Source of the DNA: Gammaproteobacteria bacterium
Lineage (GTDB): Bacteria > Pseudomonadota > Gammaproteobacteria > Natronospirales > REEB76
Direction of reading: 5' to 3'
NCBI GenBank assembly: GCA_035701115.1
Contig: DASSOA010000092.1
Location: 1-48,107, forward strand
Length of the DNA: 48,107 nucleotides
Part shown: positions 28,892-36,455 of the stretch, one piece after another
Layout of the letters: every line of letters begins with the position of its first letter
How positions within the stretch are numbered: the first letter of the stretch is position 1
Notes under the pieces: generated by a model
Told to the model about the DNA's origin: nothing
Databases searched by the model: none
What the model saw: only the letters and a program-made list of their open reading frames with translations
Program-made: the position numbers and the translations under genes

Positions 28892-29848
28892 TCACACCAC
28901 ACGATTGCGCCGCTCACCGGCACGAAACGCGGCAATATTGGCCGCCATTTCGTCAATGACCCGGCGCCGCGCCTCGCGCGCAGCCCAGGCGATATGCGGG
29001 GTCACGATCAGGTTCGGGATCGTGAGTGTTAGCAGGGGATTGCCGTGCACCGGCGGTTCTTCCGACAGCACATCAATGCCCGCTCCGCCCAACTGCCCGC
29101 TGCGCAGCGCATCGACCAGCGCCTGTTCGTCAACCAGTGCGCCACGCGCAGTGTTGATCAGGATGGCATCCGGTTTCATCAATGCCAGTTGCTCGCGCCC
29201 GATGAGGCCGCGGGTGTCAGGTGTCAGCGGGCAATGCAGCGAAACCACATCGGCTTGTGCCAGCAGTCCGGCCAGGGGCGTGCGCCCCGGGCGATTGTCA
29301 CCGTGATCGCGGGCCGCAATGAGCACCTGCATGCCGAACGCACCAGCCGCTTTTGCCACCGCGCTACCCAGTTCGCCGTAGCCCACGATACCCAGGGCGC
29401 GCCCCGCCAGCTCGCGAATCGGATAATCCAGCAAGGTGAACTGCGGCGCGCGCTTCCACGCACCGGAAGCGAGCAAGGTCTGATACTCATGCAAATGCTG
29501 GTTCAACGCCAGCATCAATGCAAAGACATGCTGCACGACCGCGGCAGTGCAGTACGCCGCGACATTGCAGACCGCGACTTGCCGCGCGCGTGCCGCATCG
29601 AGATCCACATTGTTGGTGCCCGTCGCAGCGAGACAGATCAGCTTCAGTTCCGGCAGCGCCTCGATGGTGTGCCGGTCAAGCCGGATCTTGTTGGTCAACA
29701 GCACGTCCGCACCGGCCGCGTGAGCCAGTAGCTGATCCGGTGCCGTCGTGGGCTGGAGCTGCAACCCGTCCAGTACGTCGCGCAAAGGCGACGCGCTGAC
29801 ATCACCCGCAAAGCTCACCGTGTCGAAATCCAGAAATACGCCGCGCAT
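28892..29848 (-). CDS. D-isomer-specific 2-hydroxyacid dehydrogenase (glycerate/hydroxypyruvate reductase-like)
   Basis: NAD-binding motif LGIVGYGELGSAVA. The catalytic region reads LINTARGALVDEQAL...DVLSEEP...TPHIAWA. Confidence 0.9.
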   Translation of the reverse strand: MRGVFLDFDTVSFAGDVSASPLRDVLDGLQLQPTTAPDQLLAHAAGADVLLTNKIRLDRHTIEALPELKLICLAATGTNNVDLDAARARQVAVCNVAAYCTAAVVQHVFALMLALNQHLHEYQTLLASGAWKRAPQFTLLDYPIRELAGRALGIVGYGELGSAVAKAAGAFGMQVLIAARDHGDNRPGRTPLAGLLAQADVVSLHCPLTPDTRGLIGREQLALMKPDAILINTARGALVDEQALVDALRSGQLGGAGIDVLSEEPPVHGNPLLTLTIPNLIVTPHIAWAAREARRRVIDEMAANIAAFRAGERRNRVV

Positions 29849-30030
29849 GATTGTCCACTTGCCACTAAAAATCAGGGAAACCGATCGAGGTCAGCCGCTT
29901 TGCCGCCCTCGCATGCCGGTTTATCGGCCGCAGAATCCGGCACATTACCGGCAGCCGCCTCGTGCGGCATTAGCGTCGCGCGACCGTACCGGCTCGGGTA
30001 TCTTCAGACCGCCAGTCTGCCACGACACAC

Positions 30031-30036
30031 TATAAT
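30031..30036 (+). promoter_or_regulatory. Candidate -10 box for paiB
   Basis: A perfect TATAAT lies 30 nt upstream of the paiB GTG in a 218-bp intergenic region. No convincing -35 element is seen. Confidence 0.25.
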
Positions 30037-30066
30037 CGTCAGTTCCCTGTCAAAGGAAATTCCGCC

Positions 30067-30711
30067 GTGTACACACCGAGCCAGTTTGCCGTTGACGATC
30101 TGGAACGTCTGCATCAGGTCATTCGGCGTCATCCGCTGGGACTGATGATTTCCGCACATGAGGGGCAGCTGCACATGACGCACCTGCCGTTCCATCTCGT
30201 CGCAGACAGCGGCAACGGCACACTGGAAGCACATCTTGCGCGCGTCAACCCGCATTGCAGCGCCCTGCTCGCGGGCGCGCCCAGCGTCGTGGTCTTTCAG
30301 GGTCCGAATGCCTATATCTCGCCGCGCTGGTACACCGACCCGGCCCTCAATGTTCCGACCTGGAATTACGTCGCGATTCACGCCCACGGCCGGCCACGTG
30401 TCATTGACGATCCGCAGCAGACGATGAACCTCATCGGCCGGCTGACCGACGCGCACGAAGCTTATATCCCCGATCCCTGGCACATTGCCGAGGCTCAACA
30501 CCATGCCGAACGACTGCTGCCGTACATCCTTGCATTCGACATCGCGATCGAACGGCTGGAAGGCAAATTCAAACTCAGCCAGAATCGCCAATCCGGCGAT
30601 CGCCTGGGCGTCATGCAGGCGCTTAAAACCGGCAACACCGGCTCACACCGGGAAATGCTGGAAATGATGGAATCGCTGTATACCGCGGATGGCAAGACGC
30701 GTCCCGACTGA
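30067..30711 (+). CDS. paiB: FMN-binding negative transcriptional regulator, PaiB family
   Basis: 214 aa. MYTPSQFAVDDLERLHQVIRRHPLGLMIS...YISPRWY...VPTWNYVAIHA...KLSQNR is typical of PaiB-family proteins. GTG start with an AAGGAAA Shine-Dalgarno. Confidence 0.85.
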   Translation: MYTPSQFAVDDLERLHQVIRRHPLGLMISAHEGQLHMTHLPFHLVADSGNGTLEAHLARVNPHCSALLAGAPSVVVFQGPNAYISPRWYTDPALNVPTWNYVAIHAHGRPRVIDDPQQTMNLIGRLTDAHEAYIPDPWHIAEAQHHAERLLPYILAFDIAIERLEGKFKLSQNRQSGDRLGVMQALKTGNTGSHREMLEMMESLYTADGKTRPD

Positions 30712-30719
30712 GATCCGCG

Positions 30720-31217
30720 TCAGAACATCGCCGCCTGCCTGTGAACCGGTAGCGCGCCTTCCAGCGCCAGCAGTTTCTGCTTGATTGCCAGACCGCCGCC
30801 AAATCCCGTCAAGGAACCGTCGGCACCGATCACCCGATGACAGGGCACGATAACCGGGATCGGGTTCTGGCCGTTTGCCGCGCCCACTGCGCGAGATGCT
30901 GACGGGTTGCGAATATGCCGGGCGAGTTCGCCGTAGGACCACGTCTTGCCATAGGGAATCGTGCGTAGTGCACGCCACACTTTCAGCTGGAACGCAGTCC
31001 CTTCGGGTGCCAGAGGCAATTCGAAGTTGCGCAGTCTGCCGTCGAAATAGGCTTGCAACTGCCGTATCGCTTCGCGCAACGGACGCGCTGCCGGCTCCCA
31101 GTGCGGGTCCGGCTGCAGGGGCCGCGGACCGCTCTGGAAATGCACCAGACGCAATGCCTCATCGTTTCCCGCCAGCAGCAGGTCGCCAATCGGACTTGGC
31201 ATGATGTGGTAATACAT
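30720..31217 (-). CDS. ogt: Methylated-DNA--protein-cysteine methyltransferase
   Basis: 165 aa with active site IPCHRVIG. An AAGGAG Shine-Dalgarno lies 7 nt upstream. It starts 24 nt downstream of the AdaA-AlkA gene. Confidence 0.9.
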   Translation of the reverse strand: MYYHIMPSPIGDLLLAGNDEALRLVHFQSGPRPLQPDPHWEPAARPLREAIRQLQAYFDGRLRNFELPLAPEGTAFQLKVWRALRTIPYGKTWSYGELARHIRNPSASRAVGAANGQNPIPVIVPCHRVIGADGSLTGFGGGLAIKQKLLALEGALPVHRQAAMF

Positions 31218-31241
31218 GACCGATCTCCTTGGATAAGTTCT

Positions 31242-32702
31242 TCATTTCCGCGCAGCGGGTGCAGCACGCCACAGGTGCATGACCGCATAGGCGCGCCAGG
31301 GACGCCAGTCATCGGCGCGTTTGCGCATTGCCGCAGCGGTGAGTGCGCTGCCGTTACCGGCCATACGGCGCAGTATCAGGTCTTCAGCGGGAAATGCGTC
31401 GGGATCGCCGGCACCACGCATCGCGACATACTCCGCCGTCCACGCGCCGATCCCCCGGATGTCAAGCAATGCCTTCCGCAACTCGTCGCCATTGTCAAAG
31501 CGAAGCTCACCGTCGCGTGTCGCTTTCGCCAGAACATTGATTGTTGCCGCCCGCGAACGCGTCAGGCCGATGCAGGTCAGATCGGCATTTGCGAGCTGCG
31601 CAGGTGCGGGGAACAGATATGCCAGGCCATCGGCAACTGCGACGTGTGTACCGAACGTGCTGACCAGTCGCGTGGCGAAGGTGCGCGCTGCCGCCACACT
31701 GACTTGCTGACCGAGCACGGCACGCACCGCGATCTCGAAAGGATCCCAGGCGCCGCACAGACGCAAACCCGGGCGGGCACGCAGCAAGGGACGCAGCAAC
31801 GGATCTCCCGACATCACCACGCGAACTTCCGCGGGATCCGCGCTGAGATCGAACATCTGCCGCACGCGCGACACCACCGTGAACAGCGCGGAAGATTCGA
31901 GGCCGTGCACGTTCAACGTCAGCGCCGCGTCTGATTTCAGGTGCCGGACTTCGATCCAGCCGACGTCGCCATTTATGCAAACCGTCCGAGCGTAGGAATC
32001 GTTCGTGAGCCGTTCAACGCCCGGCATCGCGCGCGCGGCGAGAAATGCGTGCAGGGACTTCCAGTCATACGGCGGGCGATAGGCTAGTCGCATGTGCAAG
32101 CCGCTGTCGCGCGTGTTAGGCACGTGGCGCGTTTCACGCCGCAACTCGCGCGGCGCCCGCCGGTAAGTCGTCTGGAACGCCGCATTGAACCGCCGCAGGC
32201 TGCCGAAGCCGCTGGCCAGCGCAATGCTGGTCATCGGCAAGTCGGTCTCGTCCAGCAGGCGTTTGGCAAAATGCAGCCGTCTGGTCTGCGCGACCACGAT
32301 GGGTGAGGCGCCGACGTGTTGCGCAAACAGCCGGTGCAGGTGCCGCGCGCCGACCCCGAGCCGGGTCGCCAGCTGTTCCACGCTTCCCGTATCCAGAGCG
32401 CCTTCCTGAATCAGGCGCAGGGCCCGCCGTACGGTTGCCGAGGTCCCCGCCCATGCCGGCGTTCCCGGCGCGGCCTCCGGGCGGCAGCGCAGGCAGGGAC
32501 GCAGCCCGGCTTCCGCCGCTGCGGCAGCGGTGGGGAAATAGCGGATGTTGGCTTTCTTGGGGGACGGCGCCGGGCAGATCGGGCGGCAATAGATGCCGGT
32601 AGTCAGCACGCCGATAAAGAAACGCCCGTCAAAACGCGGGTCACGCGCCAGCCGCGCGCGGTCGCAAACGGCCGGATCGAGTTGCTGAAAAGTAGCTTCC
32701 AT
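31242..32702 (-). CDS. AdaA-AlkA fusion: Ada-type Zn methylphosphotriester acceptor, AraC HTH, and DNA-3-methyladenine glycosylase II
   Basis: 486 aa. The N-terminal Cys4 Ada motif is FIGVLTTGIYCRPICPAP...CLRCRPE. An AraC-type HTH follows (ASGFGSLRRFNAAFQ), then an AlkA N-domain and an HhH-GPD domain (GIGAWTAEYVAMRGAGDPDAFPAEDL). Confidence 0.9.
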   Translation of the reverse strand: MEATFQQLDPAVCDRARLARDPRFDGRFFIGVLTTGIYCRPICPAPSPKKANIRYFPTAAAAAEAGLRPCLRCRPEAAPGTPAWAGTSATVRRALRLIQEGALDTGSVEQLATRLGVGARHLHRLFAQHVGASPIVVAQTRRLHFAKRLLDETDLPMTSIALASGFGSLRRFNAAFQTTYRRAPRELRRETRHVPNTRDSGLHMRLAYRPPYDWKSLHAFLAARAMPGVERLTNDSYARTVCINGDVGWIEVRHLKSDAALTLNVHGLESSALFTVVSRVRQMFDLSADPAEVRVVMSGDPLLRPLLRARPGLRLCGAWDPFEIAVRAVLGQQVSVAAARTFATRLVSTFGTHVAVADGLAYLFPAPAQLANADLTCIGLTRSRAATINVLAKATRDGELRFDNGDELRKALLDIRGIGAWTAEYVAMRGAGDPDAFPAEDLILRRMAGNGSALTAAAMRKRADDWRPWRAYAVMHLWRAAPAARK

Positions 32703-32774
32703 GGCGGCTACTATACGCCGGCCCGGTCACCGCACTCGCCGTTTTCGGACCTGTCTGCATCCGCGATTCAAGCC

Positions 32775-32802
32775 AAAAAAACGGGCCGGCTGAAGCCGGC
32801 CC
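32775..32802 (-). terminator. Rho-independent terminator closing the minus-strand PrcB-like/SIMPL/DHS-like cluster
   Basis: Stem GGGCCGGC (32783-32790), loop TGAA, stem GCCGGCCC (32795-32802). The A7 run at 32775-32781 reads as a U-tract on the minus strand. It lies 31 nt downstream of the stop at 32833. Confidence 0.75.
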
Positions 32803-32832
32803 GCCGTACAACCCAATGTTTCAAACCTGGAA

Positions 32833-33303
32833 TCAGCACACTTTGGTGTGTTGCTCCACGTTCCAGTTGATGAAGGCACCGTTATTGTTTGGCACCGCCA
32901 CGAATTCGAACGGCTCCACGGTGTCCTGGGTGACGCGGCAGCCCTGGCCGGGAATGCTTATCTTGATGTTCACGTCATAGGAATCGGGCGTCTGCTTGAT
33001 GCTGTCGACGCGAATGGTGAAACCACCGTGGTTCTTCTCGCCCATGAACGCCGCAACCACCATTTTCTTGCTGAAATCCACCGTTGGCAGTGCCGGCACT
33101 TCGGAATAGGTTGAATAGGCCTTGTTCCACCAGGTCTGGAAATCCTTCACATTATGAATGTCATGGTACTGCTGATCCTTGACGCCGCTGTGAGTTCCGC
33201 TCGCCAGAGACTGCACATCGGGGTTGCCGTTCAGGCTCGCGCAGCTCGCCAGGACGAACGCCAGCGTGGCACCAGCGACAATTGCCTTGATTACCTTTTT
33301 CAC
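32833..33303 (-). CDS. PrcB-C-domain lipoprotein (protease complex subunit PrcB family-like)
   Basis: GTG at 33303 with an AGAGG Shine-Dalgarno 7 nt upstream gives MKKVIKAIVAGATLAFVLASC, a canonical lipoprotein signal. The core VDFSKKMVVAAFMGEKNHGGFTIRVDSI...QDTVEPFEFVAVP resembles the PrcB_C domain. The longest ORF starts at TTG 33324. Confidence 0.7.
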   Translation of the reverse strand: MKKVIKAIVAGATLAFVLASCASLNGNPDVQSLASGTHSGVKDQQYHDIHNVKDFQTWWNKAYSTYSEVPALPTVDFSKKMVVAAFMGEKNHGGFTIRVDSIKQTPDSYDVNIKISIPGQGCRVTQDTVEPFEFVAVPNNNGAFINWNVEQHTKVC

Positions 33304-33353
33304 AATGACACCTCTTTCGTTCAACAGATTGATAATTGTACGACAGATGATCT

Positions 33354-34067
33354 TTATTGCGTGCCCGACAGGAGATACACGACTTCAACGTCAGCGCTGA
33401 TTTCGATCTGCCCGGGTTCGTACGTCGCCGACTCCTGCGCCGCGGTCCGTGCCGCGCCCAGCATCATGGGGCGCGGCCCTGACGCGGAACGGCCCGTGTC
33501 GCTGATCCGGTATACGGCGCCAAGCTTCACTTGCGCACTCGTTGCCAGGGCTTCGGCACGTGCACGCGCATCGTCCATGGCCGCGGACAATGCGCGCGTC
33601 TGCAATGCGGGCAGATCGCTGCGCGATGGCGTCACGGAATCCATGCTGCTGATCCCGGCATTGACCAGCCCGTCAATCAACGCGGGATACTGTTTCAGAT
33701 TACGCAATGTGATCCGGAAGGTACGCGTCACGCGCTGCCCGACAAACTCGCGCGAATTGTTGCGCCAGGTGTATTCCGGCGCAACATAAAGCGCCTCCGC
33801 CTGGATATCGCGTGCTGCAATTTCCAGGCGTTTTGCCAGTGCAAACACCTTGTCTGAACGCTGCTCGACATCCGTTCGTGCAACGGACAGCACGGGGTCG
33901 GTCCGGGTTACAGTGAATCCGACATACAGCATGTCCGGCGCGACGCTGATTTCGCCGTGGCCGGAAACCTGTATATAAGGTGCCGACGGCAATCCGCCCG
34001 CCAACGTCTGCAGCGGAACAAACAGCAGCGCTGCGATTGCGAACGGGATCCGGCGCCTCATGTCCAC
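33354..34067 (-). CDS. SIMPL-domain (DUF541) periplasmic protein
   Basis: 237 aa with a signal peptide. The motifs ISVAPDMLYVGFTVT and the C-terminal YEPGQIEISADVEVVY are typical of the SIMPL / 26-kDa periplasmic immunogenic protein family. The start is GTG 34067 or ATG 34061, 6-12 nt after the upstream stop. Confidence 0.8.
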   Translation of the reverse strand: MDMRRRIPFAIAALLFVPLQTLAGGLPSAPYIQVSGHGEISVAPDMLYVGFTVTRTDPVLSVARTDVEQRSDKVFALAKRLEIAARDIQAEALYVAPEYTWRNNSREFVGQRVTRTFRITLRNLKQYPALIDGLVNAGISSMDSVTPSRSDLPALQTRALSAAMDDARARAEALATSAQVKLGAVYRISDTGRSASGPRPMMLGAARTAAQESATYEPGQIEISADVEVVYLLSGTQ

Positions 34068-34073
34068 CCCGAC

Positions 34074-35051
34074 CTACGCGCTCAGGATGCAGGCGAACAT
34101 CAGCGGCGCCACGATGGTTGCATCGGATTCAATGATGTACTTCGGCGTATCAATGCCGAGCTTGCCCCAGGTGATTTTTTCGTTTGGTACCGCGCCCGAA
34201 TAGGAACCGTAACTGGTGGTGGAATCGCTGATCTGGCAGAAATATGCCCACAACGGTGTGTCCTGTTCCATGTCCTGTTCCAGCATGGGCACCACACAGA
34301 TCGGAAAATCGCCGGCGATGCCGCCGCCGATCTGGAAAAAGCCCACGCCCTTGCCGGCAGAATTTTTCCGGTACCAGTCGGCGAGATACATCATGTATTC
34401 GATGCCGGTGCGCACCGTATGCACGTGCTTCACGTCGCCTTTCAGACAATGTGCGGCATAGATGTTGCCGAGCGTGGAATCTTCCCAGCCCGGCACGATG
34501 ATCGGCAGGTTCTTCTCGCACGCCGCTACCATCCAGGAATCTTTCGGGTCGATCTGGAAATACTGCTCAAGCGCGCCTGAGCGAATTAGCTTGTACATGA
34601 ATTCATGCGGGAAAAACCGTTCGCCGCTGCGATCGGCCGCCTGCCATTCGGCCAGTACCGCTTTCTCGATGCGCCGGATTGCTTCGCCTTCCGGAATGCA
34701 GGTATCGGTCACGCGGTTCAGGTGCCGATCCAGCAGTTTCTGTTCTTCCGCCGGCGACAATTCCCTGTATTTCGGCACGCGAACGTAGTGATCGTGCGCG
34801 ACCAGATTGAAAATGTCCTCTTCAAGATTGGCACCGGTGCAGGTGATGATCTGCACCTTGTCACGGCGAATCATTTCCGCCAGCGACAACCCGAGTTCTG
34901 CGGTGCTCATGGCGCCGGCCAGCGTCACCATCATTTTGCCGCCCGCGGCCAGATGTGCCTTGTAGGCGTCGGCCGCATCCACCAGTGCGGCAGCATTGAA
35001 GTGGCGATAATGATGCTTGATGAAATCGGCAATCGGCTGGGTATTCATCAC
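34074..35051 (-). CDS. Deoxyhypusine synthase-like protein (bacterial DHS / homospermidine-synthase-like family)
   Basis: 325 aa with the motifs VTLAGAMSTAELG, IITCTGANLEEDIF, QIGGGIAGDFPI and NEKITWGKL. The last keeps the WGK lysine corresponding, as I recall, to the catalytic Lys of eukaryotic DHS. Confidence 0.85.
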   Translation of the reverse strand: MMNTQPIADFIKHHYRHFNAAALVDAADAYKAHLAAGGKMMVTLAGAMSTAELGLSLAEMIRRDKVQIITCTGANLEEDIFNLVAHDHYVRVPKYRELSPAEEQKLLDRHLNRVTDTCIPEGEAIRRIEKAVLAEWQAADRSGERFFPHEFMYKLIRSGALEQYFQIDPKDSWMVAACEKNLPIIVPGWEDSTLGNIYAAHCLKGDVKHVHTVRTGIEYMMYLADWYRKNSAGKGVGFFQIGGGIAGDFPICVVPMLEQDMEQDTPLWAYFCQISDSTTSYGSYSGAVPNEKITWGKLGIDTPKYIIESDATIVAPLMFACILSA

Positions 35052-35129
35052 GCCTGGGCGCTCCTGCAGACAAGTTGATGTGGTGAGCGCAGATTGTAGC
35101 GGCTCGGGGCGGGAAATCCGCCATCCCCG

Positions 35130-35336
35130 TCAGGGCTTTTTCGGCGAGCCAGGTTCCAGCGCCGCCAGCACGGCTTTGACATCGACCATGCGGATGGCGT
35201 CCAGCGACGCCTCCATCGCGCCTTCATGGCACAGCCCCGCCATGGCAGCCTGTTCATACCCTTCGCGGGCCGCTTCCAGACAGGCCGCGCGTACCGCTTC
35301 CAGCTGCCGTTCCAGCGCGTCGTCTTTCGTGCTCAT
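35130..35336 (-). CDS. Small (68 aa) acidic, predicted helical cytoplasmic protein of unknown function
   Basis: Its ATG overlaps the stop of the upstream propeller gene (ATGA at 35336..35333), implying translational coupling. The composition (MSTKDDALERQLEAVRAACLEAAREGYEQAAMAGLCHEGAMEA...) is protein-like. Confidence 0.55.
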   Translation of the reverse strand: MSTKDDALERQLEAVRAACLEAAREGYEQAAMAGLCHEGAMEASLDAIRMVDVKAVLAALEPGSPKKP

Positions 35337-36388
35337 GACCCTTCACCACCGGATGGTTCGACAATCAGGTACACACGTACTTCAGCGGGCTTCCCGGCAA
35401 AAGCGGGAACCGCGAGGTAATAGCGCCCGCTTTCCGGATCCAGCAGGCCATTGCGGGCACCGTGCCGGGTCGGAATCCGTTCGACTTCGTGCAGCAGCCC
35501 GCGATTGTCTTCCTTATAAACCGCAAGCTGCCCGATGCCGCCGGGCACGTAAAGCTCCCGGTGTTCGGAATCGAAATCCAGCGTGGCGGCATCGCCCGGC
35601 GCGGGGATATTCTGGAGCAGCCTGCCGGTCTGGGTGTCGATAACCGCGATTTGATCGCCGCTGCGGCCGCCGACAAACAGACGGTTACCGGCTTCATCCA
35701 GTGCCATCGGAAACGTGGCCGCCGCCGGCGCATCGAGCGTCCAGGTCGCGATCCGGCTCTGGCGTGCAACGTCGAAGACAACGACGGCATTCAATTCGCT
35801 GAAGCCGGCGTACAAGCGATGCGTAACCGGATCGAGCACCAATCCCCGCGGAATTCCGGGGGCGGGCAGCTGAGCGCGCAACTTGCCGCGATCGTTCAGC
35901 ACCGCAATGTCATGCTGCGATCCGCGTCCATACCCGAAGTACAACTGTCCGGCGGCATCGTCGCTGCACAGCGCACCGGCGCGCTGGCCGACGATCAGGC
36001 TGCTTTGCAGATTCAGTGTATTGGCGTCGTACAAGCCAATCACGCCGCTGCTGCTGTCGCTCACAGCCAGACGATTGTCCGGGAGATACACCACGGTGCG
36101 CGGCCGCTCCAGTCCCGTCACCTGATCAACGATTTCGCCACTGTGAACATCGACTGCCAGCAACCCACCGCTGCCGGTGGCCGCTACAAACACGCGCTGA
36201 TGCACGCGATCGAGCGCCAAGCCGCCGAGCTGCCCGCGTATTTCCGGCAGCGTGATGATGCGTTGCAATCCGAGCCCCGCGTGTGCCGCCAGCGTCACCA
36301 GACCGAGGACGACTGCGGACAACAAGCGTGCATGCACGCGGCGGAGGGAATGCGGGTCAACGGGGTTTTTTAAGGGCATCTGGTCCAT
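35333..36388 (-). CDS. Secreted YncE/YVTN-type beta-propeller protein
   Basis: 351 aa with a signal peptide LLSAVVLGLVTLAAHA. Blade motifs repeat about every 40 aa (RVFVAATGSGGLLAVD, NRLAVSDSSSGVIGLYD, HRLYAGFSELNAVVVFD, NRLFVGGRSGDQIAVID, RELYVPGGIGQLAVY). Confidence 0.8.
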   Translation of the reverse strand: MDQMPLKNPVDPHSLRRVHARLLSAVVLGLVTLAAHAGLGLQRIITLPEIRGQLGGLALDRVHQRVFVAATGSGGLLAVDVHSGEIVDQVTGLERPRTVVYLPDNRLAVSDSSSGVIGLYDANTLNLQSSLIVGQRAGALCSDDAAGQLYFGYGRGSQHDIAVLNDRGKLRAQLPAPGIPRGLVLDPVTHRLYAGFSELNAVVVFDVARQSRIATWTLDAPAAATFPMALDEAGNRLFVGGRSGDQIAVIDTQTGRLLQNIPAPGDAATLDFDSEHRELYVPGGIGQLAVYKEDNRGLLHEVERIPTRHGARNGLLDPESGRYYLAVPAFAGKPAEVRVYLIVEPSGGEGS

Positions 36389-36455
36389 TCACTGCACGGC
36401 GACGCTGGTTCTTCCGCTACAATCGGCCGGGTCCTCATCCGTGGATAGGCACAAC

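Noticed and set aside
32833-33324. Slightly lower GC of the PrcB-like lipoprotein gene and the AT-rich spacer at 33304-33353, as a sign of horizontal acquisition.
   Set aside because: The deviation is mild by eye. There are no flanking repeats or mobility genes, and the gene is inside a co-oriented cluster ending in a native-looking terminator.
36252-36455. A 68-codon N-terminal extension of the antiporter ORF.
   Set aside because: The extension is Arg/Cys/Thr-rich and overlaps the divergent propeller gene start. It also precedes the conserved N-terminus that begins at MQQNRSLGL (ATG 36456).
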